From the NCBI GenBank assembly GCA_020693165.1, contig JAIMJQ010000001.1, forward strand, positions 142-64,141: DNA of 64,000 bases. The letters run 5' to 3'. A program made the position numbers and the translations under genes. The DNA is from Xanthomonas sp. GTDB taxonomy: Bacteria; Pseudomonadota; Gammaproteobacteria; Xanthomonadales; SZUA-5. The first letter of the stretch is position 1; every line of letters begins with the position of its first letter. The notes beneath the pieces were generated by a model. That model was not told the DNA's origin. It did not search any database and worked only from the letters and a program-made list of their open reading frames with translations. This document shows positions 54,952-63,181 of the stretch, piece by piece.

Positions 54952-55797
54952 ATGACCTTTCTGCTCCTCCACCCGCCCGCCAAGCTCAACCGCTTCCTGC
55001 ACATCGTCGGTCGTCGCGAGGACGGCTACCATCGGCTGCAGACGGCTTTCGAGCTGATCGACTGGTGCGACGAGTTGCGCATCGACGTGCGCAACGATGG
55101 CGTCATCGAGCGCCTCGGCGGCTTGCCCGAGGTCTCCGTCGAGTCCGATCTGGTGGTGCGCGCGGCGCGCCTGTTGCAGCCGCTGGCAGCGCCGGGACTC
55201 GGCTGTACCCTGACCCTGACCAAGCACATACCCACTGGCGCCGGACTGGGCGGCGGCAGTGCCGATGCGGCGGCGGTGCTGCTCGGGCTCAATCGGCTGT
55301 GGCAGCTGCGACTCGGCGTCGACGCATTGATCGGGTTCGGTGTGCGCCTCGGCGCCGATGTGCCGGTGTTCCTCTCCCAGCAACCGGCTTTTGCTCAAGG
55401 CGTCGGCGAACAATTGCATGCGCTGCCGCAGGGCGAACGCTTCTACGCTATCGTTTACCCCGGTGTCGCGCTGGCGACCGCCGCCATGTTCGCCGATCCG
55501 TCACTGCGCAGGGATTGCCGGCCGATCACCTTGCAGGATTACCTCGACGGCGTCGCCACCGAAAATGTGTTCGAGCCGATCGCCGTGGCGTTGGCGCCGC
55601 AGATTGGCGCGGCGCTGGACTGGCTCGGCCGGCGCCTCGGTCGCGCGCGACTGACCGGCAGCGGCAGCGCGGTTTACGCCCAGGCCAGCAGCCTGGCGGC
55701 GGCTGAGGCGGCGCTGGCCGACGCTCCGCAGGGATGGACTTGCCGCGCAGTGCGTTCCGTCGCGAATTGGTTTGACAATGAGTACGACCGGGCTTGA
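54952..55797 (+). CDS. ispE: 4-diphosphocytidyl-2-C-methyl-D-erythritol kinase
   Basis: The internal ATG at 54952 gives MTFLLLHPPAKLNRFLHIVGRREDGYH.... GHMP kinase motif PTGAGLGGGSADAAA. Confidence 0.95.
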   Translation: MTFLLLHPPAKLNRFLHIVGRREDGYHRLQTAFELIDWCDELRIDVRNDGVIERLGGLPEVSVESDLVVRAARLLQPLAAPGLGCTLTLTKHIPTGAGLGGGSADAAAVLLGLNRLWQLRLGVDALIGFGVRLGADVPVFLSQQPAFAQGVGEQLHALPQGERFYAIVYPGVALATAAMFADPSLRRDCRPITLQDYLDGVATENVFEPIAVALAPQIGAALDWLGRRLGRARLTGSGSAVYAQASSLAAAEAALADAPQGWTCRAVRSVANWFDNEYDRA

Positions 55798-55867
55798 AAA
55801 TAGCGGGCTCCGCAGTCAGCTGCTGTGCCAAGTCGACAGATGAGGCATGTGGGCGCTGCGGACGGCT

Positions 55868-55943
55868 TGGGGCGTCGCCAAGTCGGTAAGGCACGGGTTT
55901 TTGATACCCGCATTCCTAGGTTCGAGTCCTAGCGCCCCAGCCA
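55868..55943 (+). tRNA. tRNA-Gln (anticodon TTG)
   Basis: Hand-drawn cloverleaf. Acceptor is TGGGGCG/CGCCCCA. Anticodon stem is CGGGT/ACCCG with loop TTTTGAT. T arm is CTAGG-TTCGAGT-CCTAG. The discriminator is G with an encoded CCA. Confidence 0.9.
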
Positions 55944-55953
55944 ACTTCCCATC

Positions 55954-56931
55954 ATGAGCACCAAGCGCACCGACCACACCGCACCCGGTCTGATGATCTT
56001 CACCGGGAATGCTCATCCGCGCCTGGCGAGTTCGATCGCATTCGAGCTTGGCGTGCCGCTGGGCAAATCCAACGTCTCGCGCTTCAGCGACGGGGAAGTC
56101 GCGGTCGAGATCATGGAGAACGTGCGCAGTCAGCATGTTTACCTGATTCAGCCGACCTCGCCACCGGCGGCCGAGAATCTGATGGAACTGCTGGCGATGG
56201 TCGATGCGCTCAAGCGCGCTTCGGCAGCGTCGGTGACCGCGGTGATGCCTTATTTCGGTTATGCGCGGCAGGATCGCCGCGCCCGCAATGCGCGCGTGCC
56301 GATCACGGCCAAGGTGGTCGCCGACATCATCGGCACGGTCGGCACCGATCGCGTGCTGACGGTCGACCTGCACGCCGACCAGATCCAGGGCTTCTTCGAC
56401 GTGCCGCTCGACAATGTCTACGCCTCGCCGGTGTTGCTCGCCGATATGTGGCGCAACTATGCGGGCGACGAACTGATCGTGGTCGCGCCGGATGTGGGTG
56501 GCGTGGTGCGCGCGCGCGCCATGGCCAAGCGCCTCGACGACGCCGACCTCGCAATCATCGACAAGCGTCGTCCGAAAGCCAATGAATCGGTGGTGATGAA
56601 CATCATCGGCGATGTCAACGGCAAGACCTGCATCGTGGTCGATGACATCGTCGACACTGCCGGGACACTCTGTTCGGCGGCGCGCGCGCTGAAGGAGCGC
56701 GGCGCCAAGCGAGTGGTCGCCTATTGCGTGCACCCGGTGCTGTCCGGGGCCGCGGTGGACAACATCAGCAACTCGTCGCTCGACGAAATGGTGGTCACCG
56801 ACACCATCGCGTTGCGCCCCGAGGCTCGCGCCTGCGCGCGCATCCGCCAGTTGTCGGTGGCCGAACTTCTTGCCGAGACCATTCGCCGCATTGCCGGTGG
56901 CGAGAGTGTCAGTTCGCTTTACGTCGACTAG
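55954..56931 (+). CDS. prs: Ribose-phosphate pyrophosphokinase
   Basis: [22 protein letters not shown], and the PRPP loop [14 protein letters not shown] 55954 is only 10 nt after the tRNA and has no SD; an alternative ATG lies at 55993. Confidence 0.95.
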   Translation: MSTKRTDHTAPGLMIFTGNAHPRLASSIAFELGVPLGKSNVSRFSDGEVAVEIMENVRSQHVYLIQPTSPPAAENLMELLAMVDALKRASAASVTAVMPYFGYARQDRRARNARVPITAKVVADIIGTVGTDRVLTVDLHADQIQGFFDVPLDNVYASPVLLADMWRNYAGDELIVVAPDVGGVVRARAMAKRLDDADLAIIDKRRPKANESVVMNIIGDVNGKTCIVVDDIVDTAGTLCSAARALKERGAKRVVAYCVHPVLSGAAVDNISNSSLDEMVVTDTIALRPEARACARIRQLSVAELLAETIRRIAGGESVSSLYVD

Positions 56932-56941
56932 CGTCGACGTT

Positions 56942-57046
56942 GGGAAAAGGAAAGAGGAAAGAGGAAAAGGGGGGAGATCAACAGCGGTACGAGGAGCGCC
57001 ATGGCGCTTCGCTTCCCTTTTCCCTTTTTCCTTTTCCTGCTTTTCC
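56942..57046. repeat. Foldback element with GGAAAAG-type purine/pyrimidine periodic arms (after prs)
   Basis: The left arm gggaaaaggaaagaggaaagaggaaaagggggg pairs imperfectly with the right arm cttcccttttccctttttccttttcctgcttttcc. The loop begins gAGATCAACagc, like the 58757-58870 copy. Confidence 0.8.
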
Positions 57047-57203
57047 GAGAGGCGAGTCCTGTGGCCGCAAGCGACCACAGCACTCACCCCTCGGGCCGTC
57101 TGGTCGCGGACGGTGGCGTGGTGGTGAGGCGTGGCGGGGATCGCCGCGGCCTTTCTTTTCACGGTGTTCCGGGATGGAGCGCCTTCAATGAAGGATGATG
57201 ATC

Positions 57204-57917
57204 ATGGCCAAGGTTCGAAACGTGCCGGTGGAATTCCGCGCTGACGAAGGGAAGGGTGCGAGCCGCCGCCTTCGCGCTGCGGGCAAGGTACCGGCGATTC
57301 TCTACGGTGGCGGTCAGGCGCCCCGCGCGCTGCAGTTGGACATGCTGTTGGCGTATCGGTATGCCAACAGCGAGTGGTTCTACACCTCGATCCTGGAACT
57401 GGATGTCGGCAACGAGACGCAGAAGGCGCTGCTGCGCGATCTGCAGCGTCATCCGTACAAGCCGATGCTGATGCACATCGATTTCCAGCGCGTCTCCGAA
57501 ACCGAGCCGGTGCGTCTGCGCGTTCCGCTGCACTTCATCAACCAGGAAGTATCGCCAGCCGGCAAGATGGCCGGTGCGCTGATCCTGCACGAACTCAATG
57601 ACGTCGAAATCAGCTGCCTGCCGAAGGATTTGCCTGAGTTCCTGCAGATCGACCTGTCCAACCTGCAGGTGGGCGACACCATCCACGTGTCGGACATCAA
57701 GTTGCCGGAAGGCGTCGAGATTCCGTCGCTGAAGCTCGGTCGTGAGCACGACGTTGCAGTGGTGGTTGCACGCATGATCGCTGAAGAATTGCCGGAAGTG
57801 CCTGCGGAAGGTGCTGTTGTGCCGGCTGCGCCAGCAGGCAAGAAGCCGGCTGCCAAGGCTGCGGCGGCGCCTGCGGCCAAGGCGGCTGCTCCGGCCAAGC
57901 CTGCGGCGAAGAAGTAA
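57204..57917 (+). CDS. rplY: 50S ribosomal protein L25 / general stress protein Ctc
   Basis: MAKVRNVPVEFRADEGKGASRRLRAAGKVPAILYGG..., with a C-terminal Ala/Lys/Pro-rich tail. Confidence 0.93.
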   Translation: MAKVRNVPVEFRADEGKGASRRLRAAGKVPAILYGGGQAPRALQLDMLLAYRYANSEWFYTSILELDVGNETQKALLRDLQRHPYKPMLMHIDFQRVSETEPVRLRVPLHFINQEVSPAGKMAGALILHELNDVEISCLPKDLPEFLQIDLSNLQVGDTIHVSDIKLPEGVEIPSLKLGREHDVAVVVARMIAEELPEVPAEGAVVPAAPAGKKPAAKAAAAPAAKAAAPAKPAAKK

Positions 57918-57936
57918 GTCCGACCTTCGGGTTCAG

Positions 57937-57972
57937 CATCGGCCGGCCGGAGACGGTCGGCCGATGTTGTTT
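57937..57972 (+). terminator. Intrinsic terminator of rplY
   Basis: CATCGGCCG (57937-57945) and CGGCCGATG (57958-57966) form the stem, followed by TTGTTTG. Confidence 0.6.
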
Positions 57973-57988
57973 GCGGACGTGCAATCGG

Positions 57989-58132
57989 GTGAAACGTAAA
58001 ACGTGAAAGGTCAATCGAAGCACACACTGAATTGACGTTTCACTTGTGACCTTTTCGAGTTGAGTAAAACGTAAAACGTAAAATGTCAATTGAAGCGCGC
58101 TCCGAATTGACCTTTTACGTTTCGCGTTTGAC
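57989..58132. repeat. Two tandem foldback units with AAAACGT-periodic arms (before pth)
   Basis: In unit b, gtaaaacgtaaaacgtaaaatgtcaatt (58064-58091) matches the reverse complement of 58105-58132 at 24 of 28 positions, and the 13-nt loop is GAAGCGCGCTCCG. Unit a (57989-58056) is a more diverged copy; its inner 15 bp match at 13 of 15. Confidence 0.85.
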
Positions 58133-58144
58133 CGCTTACTCCCC

Positions 58145-58756
58145 ATGTCTACGGGCACCTCAATCCGTGTCGTTTTTGGCCTCGGTAACCCCGGCGCCGA
58201 GCACGCGCAGCAACGGCACAACGCCGGTTTCTGGTTCGCCGATGCGCTGGCCGACCAACTTGGCGTACGTTTCTTGACCGAGTCCAAGCTCAACGCTGAA
58301 GTCGGCAAACTTGCCGGTGGCCGCCAGCCACTGCTGCTGGTCAAGCCGACGACGTACATGAATCGCAGTGGCACCGCGGTGTCGGCTGTCCTGAACTACT
58401 ACAAGATCGACCCGTCCGAAGCGCTGATCGTGCACGATGAACTCGACCTGCCGCCCGGCGTTGCGCGCCTGAAGTTCGATGGCGGGCATGGCGGCCAGAA
58501 CGGTTTGCGCGACACCATGGCGCAGCTCGGTCACGGCAAGTTCCATCGTCTGCGCATCGGTATCGGCCACCCAGGGCGCAAGGACTTGGTCACGCCATGG
58601 GTGCTCGGGCGACCGAACGTCGCTGACGGGCAGGCGATACGCTCGGCCATCGACGCCGCCATCGCCGTGTTCCCGCTGTGTCGGGAGGGCGCGATGGAGA
58701 GGGCGATGACGCTATTGCATACACCGTCGGCCAAGTCGGGCGATGGGAGCAAGTAG
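58145..58756 (+). CDS. pth: Peptidyl-tRNA hydrolase
   Basis: GLGNPGAEHAQQRHNAGFW motif; 203 aa. Confidence 0.95.
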   Translation: MSTGTSIRVVFGLGNPGAEHAQQRHNAGFWFADALADQLGVRFLTESKLNAEVGKLAGGRQPLLLVKPTTYMNRSGTAVSAVLNYYKIDPSEALIVHDELDLPPGVARLKFDGGHGGQNGLRDTMAQLGHGKFHRLRIGIGHPGRKDLVTPWVLGRPNVADGQAIRSAIDAAIAVFPLCREGAMERAMTLLHTPSAKSGDGSK

Positions 58757-58870
58757 AGGAAAAAGGAAAAGGGAAAAAGGAATAGGGGGAAGATCAACGG
58801 CACGCAGTCTCAGGTGCGCGACGGCCGCTTTTCCATTTTCCATTTTCCTTTTTCCCTTTTCCTGCTTCTG
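58757..58870. repeat. Foldback element with GGAAAAG-type periodic arms (between pth and ychF)
   Basis: It starts on the nucleotide after the pth TAG. A 19-nt perfect complementary core AGGAAAAGGGAAAAAGGAA is present in the left arm and as ttcctttttcccttttcct in the right arm. The loop begins gAAGATCAACggc. The right arm shares TTTTCCTGCTT with the 56942-57046 copy. Confidence 0.9.
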
Positions 58871-58884
58871 AAGGTCTTCACCAC

Positions 58885-59976
58885 ATGGGCATCAAATGCG
58901 GCATCGTCGGTCTGCCGAACGTCGGCAAGTCCACGCTTTTCAATGCGCTGACCAAAGCCGGAATTGCGGCGGCGAATTATCCGTTCTGCACCATCGATCC
59001 GAATGTCGGCGTGGTGCCGGTGCCGGATCCGCGACTCGATGCGTTGTCGAAGGTCGCCAAGCCACTGAAGATCATTCCGACCACGATCGAGTTCGTCGAT
59101 ATCGCCGGTCTGGTCAAGGGCGCGGCGCAGGGCGAGGGGCTTGGCAATCAGTTCCTCGCGCATATCCGTGAGGTCGATGCGATCTCACACGTGGTGCGCT
59201 GCTTCGAGAACGAGGACATCGTCCACGTCAATGGCAGGATCGATCCGCTGTCCGACATCGACACCATCGATACGGAACTCGCGCTGGCCGACCTCGACAG
59301 CGTCGACAAGGCATTGAATCGTGCCGAGCGCGCCGCCAAGGCCGGCGACAAGGACGCGATCGCGCGGCGCCCGGTGCTGGCCAAGGTCAGCGCGGCGCTG
59401 AACGAAGGCAAGCCGGCGCGTACCGTCGATCTGACAGCCGACGAGAAGCTGCTGATCCGCGATCTTTTCCTGCTGACGCTGAAGCCGGTGATGTACGTTG
59501 CCAACGTCAAGGACGACGGATTCGAGAACAACCCGTTTCTCGACGCCGTGCGCGCGCGCGCCGCGACTGAAGGCGCCGAGGTGGTGCCGGTGTGCGCGGC
59601 GATCGAAGAAGAACTCGGCCAGCTCGATGACGAAGATCGCGCCGCCTTCCTGACCGACATGGGCCTCGACGAGCCGGGTTTGAACCGGGTGATCCGCGCT
59701 GGCTACAAACTGCTCGGCTTGCGCACCTATTTCACCGCCGGCGAAAAGGAGGTGCACGCATGGACCATCAAGGCCGGCTTCACTGCGCCGCAGGCGGCCG
59801 GCGTGATCCACACCGATTTCGAGAAGGGCTTCATCCGCGCCGAAACCATCGCCTACGACGACTACATCCGCTGCAAGGGCGAGGCTGGCGCCAAGGCAGA
59901 GGGCAAGTTGCGGCTGGAAGGCAAGGACTACGTGGTCCAGGAAGGCGACGTGCTGCACTTCCGTTTCAACGTGTAG
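58885..59976 (+). CDS. ychF: Redox-regulated ATPase YchF
   Basis: [24 protein letters not shown]-loop; 363 aa; C-terminal TGS-like end VLHFRFNV. Confidence 0.97.
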   Translation: MGIKCGIVGLPNVGKSTLFNALTKAGIAAANYPFCTIDPNVGVVPVPDPRLDALSKVAKPLKIIPTTIEFVDIAGLVKGAAQGEGLGNQFLAHIREVDAISHVVRCFENEDIVHVNGRIDPLSDIDTIDTELALADLDSVDKALNRAERAAKAGDKDAIARRPVLAKVSAALNEGKPARTVDLTADEKLLIRDLFLLTLKPVMYVANVKDDGFENNPFLDAVRARAATEGAEVVPVCAAIEEELGQLDDEDRAAFLTDMGLDEPGLNRVIRAGYKLLGLRTYFTAGEKEVHAWTIKAGFTAPQAAGVIHTDFEKGFIRAETIAYDDYIRCKGEAGAKAEGKLRLEGKDYVVQEGDVLHFRFNV

Positions 59977-60115
59977 CGGGAGCCGCGATTGGTCGAAGCG
60001 GCGTGTGCGTGTGCCTCGGTGGTGCCCGGAGCTGTCCGGTGATCCGCCCCGGATTGCCCGCCTCGACGCCGCGTGGCGGGTTCTGCTGGCAGCAACCCCA
60101 CCGTCGAGTTTGCAC

Positions 60116-61474
60116 ATGTCCCGCATTGCCTTGGGTTCATCGACCACCGTCAAGTTGTTCGTGCTTGGCCTGTTGTCATTGCTGCTGCTGATTCCGCTGG
60201 GTTTGATCTACGACCTGATGCAGGAGCGCGCCGGCCTGGCGCAGCAAGCCGAGGACCGTATCGCTGCAGGTTGGGGGCGCGAACAACAGTTGCTGCTGCC
60301 GATGTTACGCTTCGAGTACTCCCGCGATCGCGTCGACAAGGACGGTGTCGTATCCCGCGAGCGCCGCCAGCGGCTGCTGTCTCCGGCCAGTGCGCAGGTC
60401 AAGGCGACGCTCAGCGTGGAGACGCGCAAGCTCGGCATCCATGCGCTGCCGATCTACACCGCGCAGGTGCGCATCGATGGGCGCTTCCAGCCGCCGCTGG
60501 CGCTGGCCGACCTCGATGATCCGGACAGCTGGACACTGCAGCAGGTGAGCCTTGCCTTCGCGCCTGGAGACCTCACCGGTCTGCGCGAAATCCGCCGCCT
60601 TGTTGTCGACGCTGCCGACGTTCAGCTCAAACCGACGCCCGAGCGCTGGAATCTGCAGACCAACGACCCCGCATCCAGCGCCCGGCCGGTGCTGGCCGGT
60701 GTGCTCGCACCCGCGGTCGCCGCAGCCGCCTCGCTGCCGTTTGAGGTCGAGCTGGAACTCGCTGGCGCACGCGCATTCGACGTGATTCCCAACGCCGCCG
60801 AGTTCGCGGTGACCGTTGCCGGCGACTGGCCGCATCCGGGCTTTGCCGGCGGCGCGCTGCCACGCCAGCGCGAGATCAGCGACGACGGTTTCAGCGCCGA
60901 CTGGCGCCTGATGGATCTGTCGACCGGCATTCCTGCCGTGATCGGCGCTCCCGACGCCCTGGCGGAATGGGGCGCGCAGACGGTCGGCGTCGCGCTGGTC
61001 GAGCCGGGCGGTCTGTATCAGCAGAACGAGCGCAGCGCCAAGTACGGCATCCTGGTGCTGGCGCTGACCATGGCGGCGCTGTTCCTGACCGAAGTACTGG
61101 TCGGCGTGCGCCTGCACCCGTTCCACTACGCATTGGTCGGTCTGGCGCTGGCGGTGTTCTATCTGCTGCTGCTGGCGCTGTCCGAGCACATCGGCTTCGT
61201 CGCGGCCTATCTGGCGGCCGCCGGCGCGGTGATCGCGATGGTCGGCGGTTACTCGGCGGCCGTTCTGCGCGGCTGGGGTCGCGGGGCGCTCAGTGCCTTC
61301 GTGCTGGCAACGCTGTACGGCTTCCTGCTGCTACTGATCCGTGCCGAGGAACTGTCGTTGCTGCTCGGCGCCATCGGCCTTGCGTTGCTGCTCGCCGCGG
61401 CGATGTACCTGACCCGGCGTCTCGACTGGTACAGTGCCGGCCCCACTGCGCAGACCGCTGCCGAGGCGCCATGA
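60116..61474 (+). CDS. creD: Cell envelope integrity / inner membrane protein CreD
   Basis: The internal ATG at 60116 gives MSRIALGSSTTVKLFVLGLLSLLLLIPL.... There is a large periplasmic domain, then 5 C-terminal TM segments. No creABC genes are nearby. Confidence 0.8.
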   Translation: MSRIALGSSTTVKLFVLGLLSLLLLIPLGLIYDLMQERAGLAQQAEDRIAAGWGREQQLLLPMLRFEYSRDRVDKDGVVSRERRQRLLSPASAQVKATLSVETRKLGIHALPIYTAQVRIDGRFQPPLALADLDDPDSWTLQQVSLAFAPGDLTGLREIRRLVVDAADVQLKPTPERWNLQTNDPASSARPVLAGVLAPAVAAAASLPFEVELELAGARAFDVIPNAAEFAVTVAGDWPHPGFAGGALPRQREISDDGFSADWRLMDLSTGIPAVIGAPDALAEWGAQTVGVALVEPGGLYQQNERSAKYGILVLALTMAALFLTEVLVGVRLHPFHYALVGLALAVFYLLLLALSEHIGFVAAYLAAAGAVIAMVGGYSAAVLRGWGRGALSAFVLATLYGFLLLLIRAEELSLLLGAIGLALLLAAAMYLTRRLDWYSAGPTAQTAAEAP

Positions 61475-61523
61475 AAAACAGCTCGCCGCGGGTTACGGGA
61501 AGCAGTCAACTGAGGTTTCCGGG

Positions 61524-62222
61524 ATGAAGATCCTCGCGCTCGAATGCTCGACCGAACAACTTTCGGTGGCGGTTTACGACGGCGGTGCGCTCAATCAACG
61601 TGTCGACGATGGCGGCAACCGCCACGGCGACCGCCTGTTGCGCCTGATCGACGATGTACTGGCCGACGCCGGTGTCGCCAAGCTCGATTTGACCGCCGTC
61701 GCCTTCGGCTGCGGTCCCGGCGCTTTCACTGGTGTGCGCATGGCGGTCGCGGCGGCGCAAGGCATCGCTTACGGGCTCGACATTCCGGCGTTGCCGGTGT
61801 CCTCACTGGCGGCGCTGGCGCAGGAGGCCTTCGACCGCGACGCCGCGACGCCGATCCTGGCGCTGGCCGACGCGCGCATGGGCGAGGTCTATGCGGGTTT
61901 CTTCGACGTCGATGCTGACGGACTGGTGATTGCGAGCGGTGACGAGCGTTTGGCCGCGCCGGAGTCGCTGGATTTGCCTGGAGACGATGTCTGGTGTGCG
62001 GTCGGGCCGGGCTTTCGCGTTCACCGTGCGGCGCTGGAAGCGCGCTTCGGCTATCGCCTGGACGCGTTCCGGCACCCGGCTTTGCCGCACGCCAGCGCCA
62101 TTGCCAGGCTCGGAGCGCGCGCAATGCGTGCCGGCCTTTCGGTACCGGCGCATCAGGCGCTGCCGGTGTATTTGCGCGACAAGGTGGCATTGACCGAGGT
62201 CGAGCGCGCGGCGGCGCGGTAG
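61524..62222 (+). CDS. tsaB: tRNA threonylcarbamoyladenosine biosynthesis protein TsaB
   Basis: MKILALECSTEQLSVAV...FGCGPGAFTGVRMAV motif. Confidence 0.92.
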   Translation: MKILALECSTEQLSVAVYDGGALNQRVDDGGNRHGDRLLRLIDDVLADAGVAKLDLTAVAFGCGPGAFTGVRMAVAAAQGIAYGLDIPALPVSSLAALAQEAFDRDAATPILALADARMGEVYAGFFDVDADGLVIASGDERLAAPESLDLPGDDVWCAVGPGFRVHRAALEARFGYRLDAFRHPALPHASAIARLGARAMRAGLSVPAHQALPVYLRDKVALTEVERAAAR

Positions 62223-62264
62223 CGATAGGTTGCCGTGAATGTCGCTGAGGTTCGGGGCTGTGCA

Positions 62265-62287
62265 CCCTCCCCGATGTTCGGGGAGGG
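62265..62287 (+). terminator. Hairpin after tsaB
   Basis: CCCTCCCCGA tgt TCGGGGAGGG is a perfect 10-bp stem with no clear T-run, followed by a further GGGGAGGGG tract. Confidence 0.4.
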
Positions 62288-62323
62288 CTGGGGAGGGGCT
62301 AGGCAAGAACCCCGTGCCAACGG

Positions 62324-62893
62324 TCATGGCGGGCGGAGACATTCATTCTTGCGGGTGGCGCACGCGCCATGAACGTTGGGGTGAGCGACGCGATCCCCAA
62401 CCGATGCACTAATCAAGAAGCGCGAAGGGCTATCAGATCGGTTGCATTCACGCACTATTGTAAAGAACCTTGCTGGGGGGGTAGCATCCGCATCGCCATC
62501 GAGACCATCAGGGATCGTCAGATACGCCTGCAGATAGTCGTCGTAGCTGTAGTCGCTGTTGTAGTAGGGCTCCCTGGTGTACGAGGAACTCCAGTGCTGG
62601 TCGATCTCGGTCGGGAGTAGCGCCTCGCTTGCGGCGCTTCCGAGCAGACCGCCAACGACGGCACCGGCGACCAGACCCACCGCCGGGCCGATCGGGCCGC
62701 CGATCATCGTCCCGGTGGCCGCAGTCGCCGCGATGCCGGCCATGCCGCCAGCCGCAGCGCCGATGCCGGTGCCAACCATGTGCGCGCCGGGTTCATCGGT
62801 AATCGGATCGCGATTGGGGTAGCGCGCTTTCTCGGTCGTCGCTACCGGTGTCATTGCCGGCGCGGTGTCGCGTACTTGCTCCGAAGGATTCAT
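62324..62893 (-). CDS. Glycine-zipper membrane protein, hypothetical
   Basis: The internal ATG at 62893 gives MNPSEQVRD...NRDPITDEPGAHMVGTGIGAAAGGMAGIAATAATGTMIGGPIGPAVGLVAGAVVGGLLG...YTREPYYNSDYSYDDY. The remainder of the 548-aa track ORF is antisense to rimO. Confidence 0.6.
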   Translation of the reverse strand: MNPSEQVRDTAPAMTPVATTEKARYPNRDPITDEPGAHMVGTGIGAAAGGMAGIAATAATGTMIGGPIGPAVGLVAGAVVGGLLGSAASEALLPTEIDQHWSSSYTREPYYNSDYSYDDYLQAYLTIPDGLDGDADATPPARFFTIVRECNRSDSPSRFLISASVGDRVAHPNVHGACATRKNECLRPP

Positions 62894-63181
62894 CGACAGG
62901 CTCCAGCCAGCGTGCAGACGGCATGCGCGAGTGACGCGCGCGATCTGCAGGTCCTGCGCCGCCACCGGGTGGCTGCGGACCGCAGGGCACCCGATGATGC
63001 GGTGCGTTGGTGTGAGGGTTGACCGTGCGCTGGCACGCTTTTGCAGTAAGCGCCCAGTGCAGCGATGCGCGGCGATCATGTTCGATCGTGGAGTTGAACT
63101 CCGCGCTGGTTGCCCTGCCGGGCGAACACCGCGCGCGCTGCACGCGGCTATACTCCACGCCCCACTTTTGCGATGCGCCCG

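Noticed and set aside
55816-57162. 448-aa minus-strand ORF
   Set aside because: It runs antisense through tRNA-Gln(TTG), prs and the GGAAAAG foldback (translated as EKEKGKRE), so it cannot be real.
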